In this document: in pieces, positions 26,216 through 40,919 of the stretch
Layout of the letters: each line of letters starts with the position of its first letter
Position numbering within the stretch: the first letter of the stretch is position 1
Source: Auanema rhodensis
Taxonomy: Eukaryota; Animalia; Nematoda
Length of the DNA: 64,000 nucleotides
NCBI GenBank assembly: GCA_964057225.1
Contig: OZ059894.1
Location: forward strand, 20,150,001 to 20,214,000
Direction: 5' to 3'
The notes under the pieces: model-generated
Told to the model about the DNA's origin: nothing
Seen by the model: only the letters and a program-made list of their open reading frames with translations
Databases searched by the model: none
Translations under genes and position numbers: made by a program

Positions 26216-29200
26216 ATGTACACTCAACATTGCTTCCAAAAACATTTTGACAAAAATTTTTTCGAAAAATTTCAAAATAAATTAGCAAAAAGGATGTTTT
26301 TAGATTCCTTTTTTCAAGGCAAAGACGATGGACAATGTTATTCAACGAAAAAATTAATTCTTCAGAGTGAAAATCGAGGATATAAGTGTGAACTTATATC
26401 AGTTGATATCTCGGTGCATTTTTAAGCTAGCGCAAATCTGATAACACAGATCGACGCAGCTTAAAAATTCGCATCGAATGCACTATACTACATTGAGAAA
26501 CGCTTAATACAAAAATTAGTTATGATCGTTTGAAAAATGATGCATTAGTGTATGTTGAGTTGCCATGTACACTCAACATTGCTTCCAAAAACATTTTGAC
26601 AAAACTTTTTTCGAAAAATTTCAAAATAAATTAGCAAAAAGTAGATGTTTTTAGATTCCTTTTTTCAAGGCAAAGACGATGGACAATGTTATTCAACGAA
26701 AAAATTAATTCTTCAGGGTGAAAATCGAGGATATAAGTGTGAACTTATATCAGTTGATATCTCGGTGCATTTTTAAGCTAGCGCAAATCTGATAACACAG
26801 ATCGACGCAGCTTAAAAATCCGCATCGAATGCAGTATACTACATTGAGAAACGCTTAATACAAAAATTAGTTATGATCGTTTGAAAAATGATGCATTAGT
26901 GTATGTTGAGTTTCCATGTACACTCAACATTGCTTCCAAAAACATTTTGACAAAAATTTTTTCGAAAAATTTCAAAATAATTTAGCAAAAAGTAGATGTT
27001 TTTAGATTCCTTTTTTCAAAGCAAAGACGATGGACAATGTTATTCAACGAAAAAATTAATTCTTCAGGGTGAAAATCGAGGATATAAGTGTGAACTTATA
27101 TCAGTTGATATCTCGGTGCATTTTCAAGCTAGCGCAAATCTGATAACACAGATCGACGCAGCTTAAAAATCCGCATCGAATGCACTATACTACATTGAGA
27201 AACGCTTAATACAAAAATTAGTTATGATCGTTTGAAAAATGATGCATTAGTGTATGTTGAGTTTCCATGTACACTCAACATTGCTTCCAAAAACATTTTG
27301 ACAAAAATTTTTCGAAAAATTTCAAAATAAATTAGCAAAAAGTAGATGTTTCTGGATTCCTTTTTTCAAGGCAAAGACGATGGACAATGTTATTCAACGA
27401 AAAAATTAATTCTTCAGGGTGAAAATCGAGGGTATAAGTGTGAACTTATATCAGTTGATATCTCGGTGCATTTTTAAGCTAGCGCAAATCTGATAACACA
27501 GATCGACGCAGCTTAAAAATCCGCATCGAATGCACTATACTACATTGAGAAACGCTTAATACAAAAATTAGTTATGATCGTTTGAAAAATGATGCATTAG
27601 TGTATGTTGAGTTTCCATGTACACTCAACATTGCTTCCAAAAACATTTTGACAAAAATTTTTTCGAAAAATTTCAAAATAATTTAGCAAAAAGTAGATGT
27701 TTTTAGATTCCTTTTTTCAAGGCAAAGACGATGGACAATGTTATTCAACGATAAAATTAATTCTTCAGGGTGAAAATCGAGGATATAAGTGTGAACTTAT
27801 ATCAGTTGATATCTCGGTGCATTTTTAAGCTAGCGCAAATCTGATAACACAGATCGACGCAGCTTAAAAATTCGCATCGAATGCACTATACTACATTGAG
27901 AAACGCTTAATACAAAAATTAGTTATGATCGTTTGAAAAATGATGCATTAGTGTATGTTGAGTTGCCATGTACACTCAACATTGCTTCCAAAAACATTTT
28001 GACAAAAATTTTTCGAAAAATTTCAAAATAAATTAGCAAAAAGTAGATGTTTTTAGATTCCTTTTTTGAAGGCAAAGACGATGGACAATGTTATTCAACG
28101 AAAAAATTAATTCTTCAGGGTGAAAATCGAGGATATAAGTGTGAACTTATATCAGTTGATATCTCGGTGCATTTTTAAGCTAGCGCAAATCTGATAACAC
28201 AGATCGACGCAGCTTAAAAATCCGCATCGAATGCAGTATACTACATTGAGAAACGCTTAATACAAAAATTAGTTATGATCGTTTGAAAAATGATGCATTA
28301 GTGTATGTTGAGTTTCCATGTACACTCAACATTGCTTCCAAAAACATTTTGACAAAAATTTTTTCGAAAAATTTCAAAATAAATTAGCAAAAAGGATGTT
28401 TTTAGATTCCTTTTTTCAAGGCAAAGACGATGGACAATGTTATTCAACGAAAAAATTAATTCTTCAGGGTGAAAATCGAGGATATAAGTGTGAACTTATA
28501 TCAGTTGATATCTCGGTGCATTTTTAAGCTAGCGCAAATCTGATAACACAGATCGACGCAGCTTAAAAATTCGCATCGAATGCACTATACTACATTGAGA
28601 AACGCTTAATACAAAAATTAGTTATGATCGTTTGAAAAATGATGCATTAGTGTATGTTGAGTTGCCATGTACACTCAACATTGCTTCCAAAAACATTTTG
28701 ACAAAAATTTTTCGAAAAATTTCAAAATAAATTAGCAAAAAGTAGATGTTTTTAGATTCCTTTTTTCAAGGCAAAGACGATGGACAATGTTATTCAACGA
28801 AAAAATTAATTCTTCAGGGTGAAAATCGAGGATATAAGTGTGAACTTATATCAGTTGATATCTCGGTGCATTTTCAAGCTAGCGCAAATCTGATAACACA
28901 GATCGACGCAGCTTAAAAATCCGCATCGAATGCACTATACTACATTGAGAAACGCTTAATACAAAAATTAGTTATGATCGTTTGAAAAATGATGCATTAG
29001 TGTATGTTGAGTTGCCATGTACACTCAACATTGCTTCCAAAAACATTTTGACAAAAATTTTTCGAAAAATTTCAAAATAAATTAGCAAAAAGTAGATGTT
29101 TTTAGATTCCTTTTTTGAAGGCAAAGACGATGGACAATGTTATTCAACGAAAAAATTAATTCTTCAGGGTGAAAATCGAGGATATAAGTGTGAACTTATA

Positions 29201-32200
29201 TCAGTTGATATCTCGGTGCATTTTTAAGCTAGCGCAAATCTGATAACACAGATCGACGCAGCTTAAAAATCCGCATCGAATGCAGTATACTACATTGAGA
29301 AACGCTTAATACAAAAATTAGTTATGATCGTTTGAAAAATGATGCATTAGTGTATGTTGAGTTTCCATGTACACTCAACATTGCTTCCAAAAACATTTTG
29401 ACAAAAATTTTTTCGAAAAATTTCAAAATAAATTAGCAAAAAGGATGTTTTTAGATTCCTTTTTTCAAGGCAAAGACGATGGACAATGTTATTCAACGAA
29501 AAAATTAATTCTTCAGGGTGAAAATCGAGGATATAAGTGTGAACTTATATCAGTTGATATCTCGGTGCATTTTTAAGCTAGCGCAAATCTGATAACACAG
29601 ATCGACGCAGCTTAAAAATTCGCATCGAATGCACTATACTACATTGAGAAACGCTTAATACAAAAATTAGTTATGATCGTTTGAAAAATGATGCATTAGT
29701 GTATGTTGAGTTGCCATGTACACTCAACATTGCTTCCAAAAACATTTTGACAAAAATTTTTCGAAAAATTTCAAAATAAATTAGCAAAAAGTAGATGTTT
29801 TTAGATTCCTTTTTTCAAGGCAAAGACGATGGACAATGTTATTCAACGAAAAAATTAATTCTTCAGGGTGAAAATCGAGGATATAAGTGTGAACTTATAT
29901 CAGTTGATATCTCGGTGCATTTTTAAGCTAGCGCAAATCTGATAACACAGATCGACGCAGCTTAAAAATCCGCATCGAATGCAGTATACTACATTGAGAA
30001 ACGCTTAATACAAAAATTAGTTATGATCGTTTGAAAAATGATGCATTAGTGTATGTTGAGTTTCCATGTACACTCAACATTGCTTCCAAAAACATTTTGA
30101 CAAAAATTTTTTCGAAAAATTTCAAAATAATTTAGCAAAAAGTAGATGTTTTTAGATTCCTTTTTTCAAAGCAAAGACGATGGACAATGTTATTCAACGA
30201 AAAAATTAATTCTTCAGGGTGAAAATCGAGGATATAAGTGTGAACTTATATCAGTTGATATCTCGGTGCATTTTCAAGCTAGCGCAAATCTGATAACACA
30301 GATCGACGCAGCTTAAAAATCCGCATCGAATGCACTATACTACATTGAGAAACGCTTAATACAAAAATTAGTTATGATCGTTTGAAAAATGATGCATTAG
30401 TGTATGTTGAGTTTCCATGTACACTCAACATTGCTTCCAAAAACATTTTGACAAAAATTTTTCGAAAAATTTCAAAATAAATTAGCAAAAAGTAGATGTT
30501 TCTGGATTCCTTTTTTCAAGGCAAAGACGATGGACAATGTTATTCAACGAAAAAATTAATTCTTCAGGGTGAAAATCGAGGATATAAGTGTGAACTTATA
30601 TCAGTTGATATCTCGGTGCATTTTTAAGCTAGCGCAAATCTGATAACACAGATCGACGCAGCTTAAAAATCCGCATCGAATGCACTATACTACATTGAGA
30701 AACGCTTAATACAAAAATTAGTTATGATCGTTTGAAAAATGATGCATTAGTGTATGTTGAGTTTCCATGTACACTCAACATTGCTTCCAAAAACATTTTG
30801 ACAAAAATTTTTTCGAAAAATTTCAAAATAATTTAGCAAAAAGTAGATGTTTTTAGATTCCTTTTTTCAAGGCAAAGACGATGGACAATGTTATTCAACG
30901 ATAAAATTAATTCTTCAGGGTGAAAATCGAGGATATAAGTGTGAACTTATATCAGTTGATATCTCGGTGCATTTTTAAGCTAGCGCAAATCTGATAACAC
31001 AGATCGACGCAGCTTAAAAATTCGCATCGAATGCACTATACTACATTGAGAAACGCTTAATACAAAAATTAGTTATGATCGTTTGAAAAATGATGCATTA
31101 GTGTATGTTGAGTTGCCATGTACACTCAACATTGCTTCCAAAAACATTTTGACAAAAATTTTTCGAAAAATTTCAAAATAAATTAGCAAAAAGTAGATGT
31201 TTTTAGATTCCTTTTTTGAAGGCAAAGACGATGGACAATGTTATTCAACGAAAAAATTAATTCTTCAGGGTGAAAATCGAGGATATAAGTGTGAACTTAT
31301 ATCAGTTGATATCTCGGTGCATTTTTAAGCTAGCGCAAATCTGATAACACAGATCGACGCAGCTTAAAAATCCGCATCGAATGCAGTATACTACATTGAG
31401 AAACGCTTAATACAAAAATTAGTTATGATCGTTTGAAAAATGATGCATTAGTGTATGTTGAGTTTCCATGTACACTCAACATTGCTTCCAAAAACATTTT
31501 GACAAAAATTTTTTCGAAAAATTTCAAAATAAATTAGCAAAAAGGATGTTTTTAGATTCCTTTTTTCAAGGCAAAGACGATGGACAATGTTATTCAACGA
31601 AAAAATTAATTCTTCAGGGTGAAAATCGAGGATATAAGTGTGAACTTATATCAGTTGATATCTCGGTGCATTTTTAAGCTAGCGCAAATCTGATAACACA
31701 GATCGACGCAGCTTAAAAATTCGCATCGAATGCACTATACTACATTGAGAAACGCTTAATACAAAAATTAGTTATGATCGTTTGAAAAATGATGCATTAG
31801 TGTATGTTGAGTTGCCATGTACACTCAACATTGCTTCCAAAAACATTTTGACAAAAATTTTTCGAAAAATTTCAAAATAAATTAGCAAAAAGTAGATGTT
31901 TTTAGATTCCTTTTTTTCAAGGCAAAGACGATGGACAATGTTATTCAACGAAAAAATTAATTCTTCAGGGTGAAAATCGAGGATATAAGTGTGAACTTAT
32001 ATCAGTTGATATCTCGGTGCATTTTTAAGCTAGCGCAAATCTGATAACACAGATCGACGCAGCTTAAAAATCCGCATCGAATGCAGTATACTACATTGAG
32101 AAACGCTTAATACAAAAATTAGTTATGATCGTTTGAAAAATGATGCATTAGTGTATGTTGAGTTTCCATGTACACTCAACATTGCTTCCAAAAACATTTT

Positions 32201-35200
32201 GACAAAATTTTTTTCGAAAAATTTCAAAATAATTTAGCAAAAAGTAGATGTTTTTAGATTCCTTTTTTCAAGGCAAAGACGATGGACAATGTTATTCAAC
32301 GAAAAAATTAATTCTTCAGGGTGAAAATCGAGGATATAAGTGTGAACTTATATCAGTTGATATCTCGGTGCATTTTTAAGCTAGTGCAAATCTGATAACA
32401 CAGATCGACGCAGCTTAAAAATCCGCATCGAATGCACTATACTACATTGAGAAACGCTCAATACAAAAATTAGTTATGATCGTTTGAAAAATGATGCATT
32501 AGTGTATGTTGAGTTTCCATGTACACTCAACATTGCTTCCAAAAACATTTTGACAAAAATTTTTTCGAAAAATTTCAGAATAATTTAGCAAAAAGTAGAT
32601 GTTTTTAGATTCCTTTTTTCAAGGCAAAGACGATGGACAATGTTATTCAACGAAAAAATTAATTCTTCAGGGTGAAAATCGAGGATATAAGTGTGAACTT
32701 ATATCAGTTGATATCTCGGTGCATTTTTAAGCTAGCGCAAATCTGATAACACAGATCGACGCAGCTTAAAAATCCGCATCGAATGCACTTTACTACATTG
32801 AGAAACGCTTAATACAAAAATTAGTTATGATCGTTTGAAAAATGATGCATTAGTGTATGTTGAGTTTCCATGTACACTCAACATTGCTTCCAAAAACATT
32901 TTGACAAAAATTTTTCGAAAAATTTCAAAATAAATTAGCAAAAAGTAGATGTTTCTGGATTCCTTTTTTCAAGGCAAAGACGATGGACAATGTTATTCAA
33001 CGAAAAAATTAATTCTTCAGGGTGAAAATCGAGGATATAAGTGTGAACTTATATCAGTTGATATCTCGGTGCATTTTTAAGCTAGCGCAAATCTGATAAC
33101 ACAGATCGACGCAGCTTAAAAATCCGCATCGAATGCACTATACTACATTGAAAAACGCTTAATACAAAAATTAGTTATGATCGTTTGAAAAATGATGCAT
33201 TAAATGTTGAGTTTCCATGTACACTCAACATTGCTTCCAAAAACATTTTGACAAAAATTTTTTCGAAAAATTTCAAAATAAATTAGCAAAAAGGATGTTT
33301 TTAGATTCCTTTTTTCAAGGCAAAGACGATGGACAATGTTATTCAACGAAAAAATTAATTCTTCAGAGTGAAAATCGAGGATATAAGTGTGAACTTATAT
33401 CAGTTGATATCTCGGTGCATTTTTAAGCTAGCGCAAATCTGATAACACAGATCGACGCAGCTTAAAAATTCGCATCGAATGCACTATACTACATTGAGAA
33501 ACGCTTAATACAAAAATTAGTTATGATCGTTTGAAAAATGATGCATTAGTGTATGTTGAGTTTCCATGTACACTCAACATTGCTTCCAAAAACATTTTGA
33601 CAAAAATTTTTTCGAAAAATTTCAGAATAATTTAGCAAAAAGTAGATGTTTTTAGATTTCTTTTTTCAAGGCAAAGACGATGGACAATGTTATTCAACGA
33701 AAAAATTAATTCTTCAGGGTGAAAATCGAGGATATAAGTGTGAACTTATATCAGTTGATATCTCGGTGCATTTTTAAGCTAGCGCAAATCTGATAACACA
33801 GATCGACGCAGCATAAAAATCCGCATCGAATGCACTATACTACATTGAGAAACGCTCAATACAAAAATTAGTTATGATCGTTTGAAAAATGATGCATTAG
33901 TGTATGTTGAGTTTCCATGTACACTCAACATTGCTTCCAAAAACATTTTGACAAAAATTTTTCGAAAAATTTCAAAATAAATTAGCAAAAAGTAGATGTT
34001 TCTGGATTCCTTTTTTCAAGGCAAAGACGATGGACAATGTTATTCAACGAAAAAATTAATTCTTCAGGGTGAAAATCGAGGATATAAGTGTGAACTTATA
34101 TCAGTTGATATCTCGGTGCATTTTCAAGCTAGCGCAAATCTGATAACACAGATCGACGCAGCTTAAAAATCCGCATCGAATGCACTATACTACATTGAGA
34201 AACGCTTAATACAAAAATTAGTTATGATCGTTTGAAAAATGATGCATTAGTGTATGTTGAGTTTCCATGTACACTCAACATTGCTTCCAAAAACATTTTG
34301 ACAAAAATTTTTTCGAAAAATTTCGAAATAATTTAGCAAAAAGTAGATGTTTTTAGATTCCTTTTTTCAAGGCAAAGACGATGGACAATGTTATTCAACG
34401 ATAAAATTAATTCTTCAGGGTGAAAATCGAGGATATAAGTGTGAACTTATATCAGTTGATATCTCGGTGCATTTTTAAGCTAGCGCAAATCTGATAACAC
34501 AGATCGACGCAGCTTAAAAATCCGCATCGAATGCACTATACTACATTGAGAAACGCTCAATACAAAAATTAGTTATGATCGTTTGAAAAATGATGCATTA
34601 GTGTATGTTGAGTTTCCATGTACACTCAACATTGCTTCCAAAAACATTTTGACAAAAATTTTTTTCAAAAAATTTCAAGATAAATTAGCAAAAAGTAGAT
34701 GTTTTTAGATTCCTTTTTTCAAGGCAAAGACGATGGACAATGTTATTCAACAAAAAAATTAATTCTTCAGGGTGAAAATCGAGGATATAAGTGTGAACTT
34801 ATATCAGTTGATATCTCGGTGCATTTTTAAGCTAGCGCAAATCTGATAACACAGATCGACGCAGCTTAAAAATCCGCATCGAATGCACTATACTACATTG
34901 AAAAACGCTTAATACAAAAATTAGTTATGATCGTTTGAAAAATGATGCATTAAATGTTGAGTTTCCATGTACACTCAACATTGCTTCCAAAAACATTTTG
35001 ACAAAAATTTTTTCGAAAAATTTCAAAATAAATTAGCAAAAAGGATGTTTTTAGATTCCTTTTTTTAAGGCAAAGACGATGGACAATGTTATTCAACGAA
35101 AAAATTAATTCTTCAGAGTGAAAATCGAGGATATAAGTGTGAACTTATATCAGTTGATATCTCGGTGCATTTTTAAGCTAGCGCAAATCTGATAACACAG

Positions 35201-38200
35201 ATCGACGCAGCTTAAAAATTCGCATCGAATGCACTATACTACATTGAGAAACGCTTAATACAAAAATTAGTTATGATCGTTTGAAAAATGATGCATTAGT
35301 GTATGTTGAGTTGCCATGTACACTCAACATTGCTTCCAAAAACATTTTGACAAAACTTTTTTCGAAAAATTTCAAAATAAATTAGCAAAAAGTAGATGTT
35401 TTTAGATTCCTTTTTTCAAGGCAAAGACGATGGACAATGTTATTCAACGAAAAAATTAATTCTTCAGGGTGAAAATCGAGGATATAAGTGTGAACTTATA
35501 TCAGTTGATATCTCGGTGCATTTTTAAGCTAGCGCAAATCTGATAACACAGATCGACGCAGCTTAAAAATCCGCATCGAATGCAGTATACTACATTGAGA
35601 AACGCTTAATACAAAAATTAGTTATGATCGTTTGAAAAATGATGCATTAGTGTATGTTGAGTTTCCATGTACACTCAACATTGCTTCCAAAAACATTTTG
35701 ACAAAAATTTTTTCGAAAAATTTCAAAATAATTTAGCAAAAAGTAGATGTTTTTAGATTCCTTTTTTCAAGGCAAAGACGATGGACAATGTTATTCAACG
35801 AAAAAATTAATTCTTCAGGGTGAAAATCGAGGATATAAGTGTGAACTTATATCAGTTGATATCTCGGTGCATTTTCAAGCTAGCGCAAATCTGATAACAC
35901 AGATCGACGCAGCTTAAAAATCCGCATCGAATGCACTATACTACATTGAGAAACGCTTAATACAAAAATTAGTTATGATCGTTTGAAAAATGATGCATTA
36001 GTGTATGTTGAGTTTCCATGTACACTCAACATTGCTTCCAAAAACATTTTGACAAAAATTTTTCGAAAAATTTCAAAATAAATTAGCAAAAAGTAGATGT
36101 TTCTGGATTCCTTTTTTCAAGGCAAAGACGATGGACAATGTTATTCAACGAAAAAATTAATTCTTCAGGGTGAAAATCGAGGATATAAGTGTGAACTTAT
36201 ATCAGTTGATATCTCGGTGCATTTTTAAGCTAGCGCAAATCTGATAACACAGATCGACGCAGCTTAAAAATCCGCATCGAATGCACTATACTACATTGAG
36301 AAACGCTTAATACAAAAATTAGTTATGATCGTTTGAAAAATGATGCATTAGTGTATGTTGAGTTTCCATGTACACTCAACATTGCTTCCAAAAACATTTT
36401 GACAAAAATTTTTTCGAAAAATTTCAAAATAATTTAGCAAAAAGTAGATGTTTTTAGATTCCTTTTTTCAAGGCAAAGACGATGGACAATGTTATTCAAC
36501 GATAAAATTAATTCTTCAGGGTGAAAATCGAGGATATAAGTGTGAACTTATATCAGTTGATATCTCGGTGCATTTTTAAGCTAGCGCAAATCTGATAACA
36601 CAGATCGACGCAGCTTAAAAATTCGCATCGAATGCACTATACTACATTGAGAAACGCTTAATACAAAAATTAGTTATGATCGTTTGAAAAATGATGCATT
36701 AGTGTATGTTGAGTTGCCATGTACACTCAACATTGCTTCCAAAAACATTTTGACAAAAATTTTTCGAAAAATTTCAAAATAAATTAGCAAAAAGTAGATG
36801 TTTTTAGATTCCTTTTTTGAAGGCAAAGACGATGGACAATGTTATTCAACGAAAAAATTAATTCTTCAGGGTGAAAATCGAGGATATAAGTGTGAACTTA
36901 TATCAGTTGATATCTCGGTGCATTTTTAAGCTAGCGCAAATCTGATAACACAGATCGACGCAGCTTAAAAATCCGCATCGAATGCAGTATACTACATTGA
37001 GAAACGCTTAATACAAAAATTAGTTATGATCGTTTGAAAAATGATGCATTAGTGTATGTTGAGTTTCCATGTACACTCAACATTGCTTCCAAAAACATTT
37101 TGACAAAAATTTTTTCGAAAAATTTCAAAATAAATTAGCAAAAAGGATGTTTTTAGATTCCTTTTTTCAAGGCAAAGACGATGGACAATGTTATTCAACG
37201 AAAAAATTAATTCTTCAGGGTGAAAATCGAGGATATAAGTGTGAACTTATATCAGTTGATATCTCGGTGCATTTTTAAGCTAGCGCAAATCTGATAACAC
37301 AGATCGACGCAGCTTAAAAATTCGCATCGAATGCACTATACTACATTGAGAAACGCTTAATACAAAAATTAGTTATGATCGTTTGAAAAATGATGCATTA
37401 GTGTATGTTGAGTTGCCATGTACACTCAACATTGCTTCCAAAAACATTTTGACAAAAATTTTTCGAAAAATTTCAAAATAAATTAGCAAAAAGTAGATGT
37501 TTTTAGATTCCTTTTTTCAAGGCAAAGACGATGGACAATGTTATTCAACGAAAAAATTAATTCTTCAGGGTGAAAATCGAGGATATAAGTGTGAACTTAT
37601 ATCAGTTGATATCTCGGTGCATTTTTAAGCTAGCGCAAATCTGATAACACAGATCGACGCAGCTTAAAAATCCGCATCGAATGCAGTATACTACATTGAG
37701 AAACGCTTAATACAAAAATTAGTTATGATCGTTTGAAAAATGATGCATTAGTGTATGTTGAGTTTCCATGTACACTCAACATTGCTTCCAAAAACATTTT
37801 GACAAAAATTTTTCGAAAAATTTCAAAATAATTTAGCAAAAAGTAGATGTTTTTAGATTCTTTTTTTCAAGGCAAAGACGATGGACAATGTTATTCAACG
37901 AAAAAATTAATTCTTCAGGGTGAAAATCGAGGATATAAGTGTGAACTTATATCAGTTGATATCTCGGTGCATTTTCAAGCTAGCGCAAATCTGATAACAC
38001 AGATCGACGCAGCTTAAAAATCCGCATCGAATGCACTATACTACATTGAGAAACGCTTAATACAAAAATTAGTTATGATCGTTTGAAAAATGATGCATTA
38101 GTGTATGTTGAGTTTCCATGTACACTCAACATTGCTTCCAAAAACATTTTGACAAAAATTTTTTCGAAAAATTTCAAAATAATTTAGCAAAAAGTAGATG

Positions 38201-40919
38201 TTTTTAGATTCCTTTTTTCAAGGCAAAGACGATGGACAATGTTATTCAACGATAAAATTAATTCTTCAGGGTGAAAATCGAGGATATAAGTGTGAACTTA
38301 TATCAGTTGATATCTCGGTGCATTTTTAAGCTAGCGCAAATCTGATAACACAGATCGACGCAGCTTAAAAATCCGCATCGAATGCACTATACTACATTGA
38401 GAAACGCTCAATACAAAAATTAGTTATGATCGTTTGAAAAATGATGCATTAGTGTATGTTGAGTTTCCATGTACACTCAACATTGCTTCCAAAAACATTT
38501 TGACAAAAATTTTTTTCAAAAAATTTCAAGATAAATTAGCAAAAAGTAGATGTTTTTAGATTCCTTTTTTCAAGGCAAAGACGATGGACAATGTTATTCA
38601 ACAAAAAAATTAATTCTTCAGGGTGAAAATCGAGGATATAAGTGTGAACTTATATCAGTTGATATCTCGGTGCATTTTTAAGCTAGCGCAAATCTGATAA
38701 CACAGATCGACGCAGCTTAAAAATCCGCATCGAATGCACTATACTACATTGAAAAACGCTTAATACAAAAATTAGTTATGATCGTTTGAAAAATGATGCA
38801 TTAAATGTTGAGTTTCCATGTACACTCAACATTGCTTCCAAAAACATTTTGACAAAAATTTTTTCGAAAAATTTCAAAATAAATTAGCAAAAAGGATGTT
38901 TTTAGATTCCTTTTTTCAAGGCAAAGACGATGGACAATGTTATTCAACGAAAAAATTAATTCTTCAGAGTGAAAATCGAGGATATAAGTGTGAACTTATA
39001 TCAGTTGATATCTCGGTGCATTTTTAAGCTAGCGCAAATCTGATAACACAGATCGACGCAGCTTAAAAATTCGCATCGAATGCACTATACTACATTGAGA
39101 AACGCTTAATACAAAAATTAGTTATGATCGTTTGAAAAATGATGCATTAGTGTATGTTGAGTTGCCATGTACACTCAACATTGCTTCCAAAAACATTTTG
39201 ACAAAACTTTTTTCGAAAAATTTCAAAATAAATTAGCAAAAAGTAGATGTTTTTAGATTCCTTTTTTCAAGGCAAAGACGATGGACAATGTTATTCAACG
39301 AAAAAATTAATTCTTCAGGGTGAAAATCGAGGATATAAGTGTGAACTTATATCAGTTGATATCTCGGTGCATTTTTAAGCTAGCGCAAATCTGATAACAC
39401 AGATCGACGCAGCTTAAAAATCCGCATCGAATGCAGTATACTACATTGAGAAACGCTTAATACAAAAATTAGTTATGATCGTTTGAAAAATGATGCATTA
39501 GTGTATGTTGAGTTTCCATGTACACTCAACATTGCTTCCAAAAACATTTTGACAAAAATTTTTTCGAAAAATTTCAAAATAATTTAGCAAAAAGTAGATG
39601 TTTTTAGATTCCTTTTTTCAAGGCAAAGACGATGGACAATGTTATTCAACGAAAAAATTAATTCTTCAGGGTGAAAATCGAGGATATAAGTGTGAACTTA
39701 TATCAGTTGATATCTCGGTGCATTTTCAAGCTAGCGCAAATCTGATAACACAGATCGACGCAGCTTAAAAATCCGCATCGAATGCACTATACTACATTGA
39801 GAAACGCTTAATACAAAAATTAGTTATGATCGTTTGAAAAATGATGCATTAGTGTATGTTGAGTTTCCATGTACACTCAACATTGCTTCCAAAAACATTT
39901 TGACAAAAATTTTTCGAAAAATTTCAAAATAAATTAGCAAAAAGTAGATGTTTCTGGATTCCTTTTTTCAAGGCAAAGACGATGGACAATGTTATTCAAC
40001 GAAAAAATTAATTCTTCAGGGTGAAAATCGAGGATATAAGTGTGAACTTATATCAGTTGATATCTCGGTGCATTTTTAAGCTAGCGCAAATCTGATAACA
40101 CAGATCGACGCAGCTTAAAAATCCGCATCGAATGCACTATACTACATTGAGAAACGCTTAATACAAAAATTAGTTATGATCGTTTGAAAAATGATGCATT
40201 AGTGTATGTTGAGTTTCCATGTACACTCAACATTGCTTCCAAAAACATTTTGACAAAAATTTTTTCGAAAAATTTCAAAATAATTTAGCAAAAAGTAGAT
40301 GTTTTTAGATTCCTTTTTTCAAGACAAAGACGATGGACAATGTTATTCAACGATAAAAACAATTCTTCAGGGTGAAAATCGAGGATATAAGTGTGAACTT
40401 ATATCAGTTGATATCTCGGTGCATTTTTAAGCTAGCGCAAATCTGATAACACAGATCGACGCAGCTTAAAAATTCGCATCGAATGCACTATACTACATTG
40501 AGAAACGCTTAATACAAAAATTAGTTATGATCGTTTGAAAAATGATGCATTAGTGTATGTTGAGTTGCCATGTACACTCAACATTGCTTCCAAAAACATT
40601 TTGACAAAAATTTTTCGAAAAATTTCAAAATAAATTAGCAAAAAGTAGATGTTTTTAGATTCCTTTTTTGAAGGCAAAGACGATGGACAATGTTATTCAA
40701 CGAAAAAATTAATTCTTCAGGGTGAAAAACGAGGATATAAGTGTGAACTTATATCAGTTGATATCTCGGTGCATTTTTAAGCTAGCGCAAATCTGATAAC
40801 ACAGATCGACGCAGCTTAAAAATCCGCATCGAATGCAGTATACTACATTGAGAAACGCTTAATACAAAAATTAGTTATGATCGTTTGAAAAATGATGCAT
40901 TAGTGTATGTTGAGTTTCC
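26216..40919 (-). repeat. 6-monomer cassette (~2102 bp) in four copies: 26216-28317, 29367-31467, 34967-37068, 38818-40919
   Basis: Each copy has the same ordered series of variants: 2-bp-deletion monomer, GCAGTA monomer, TTTTCAAG monomer, TTCTGG monomer, CGATAA+ATTCG monomer, TTTGAAGG monomer. Confidence 0.8.
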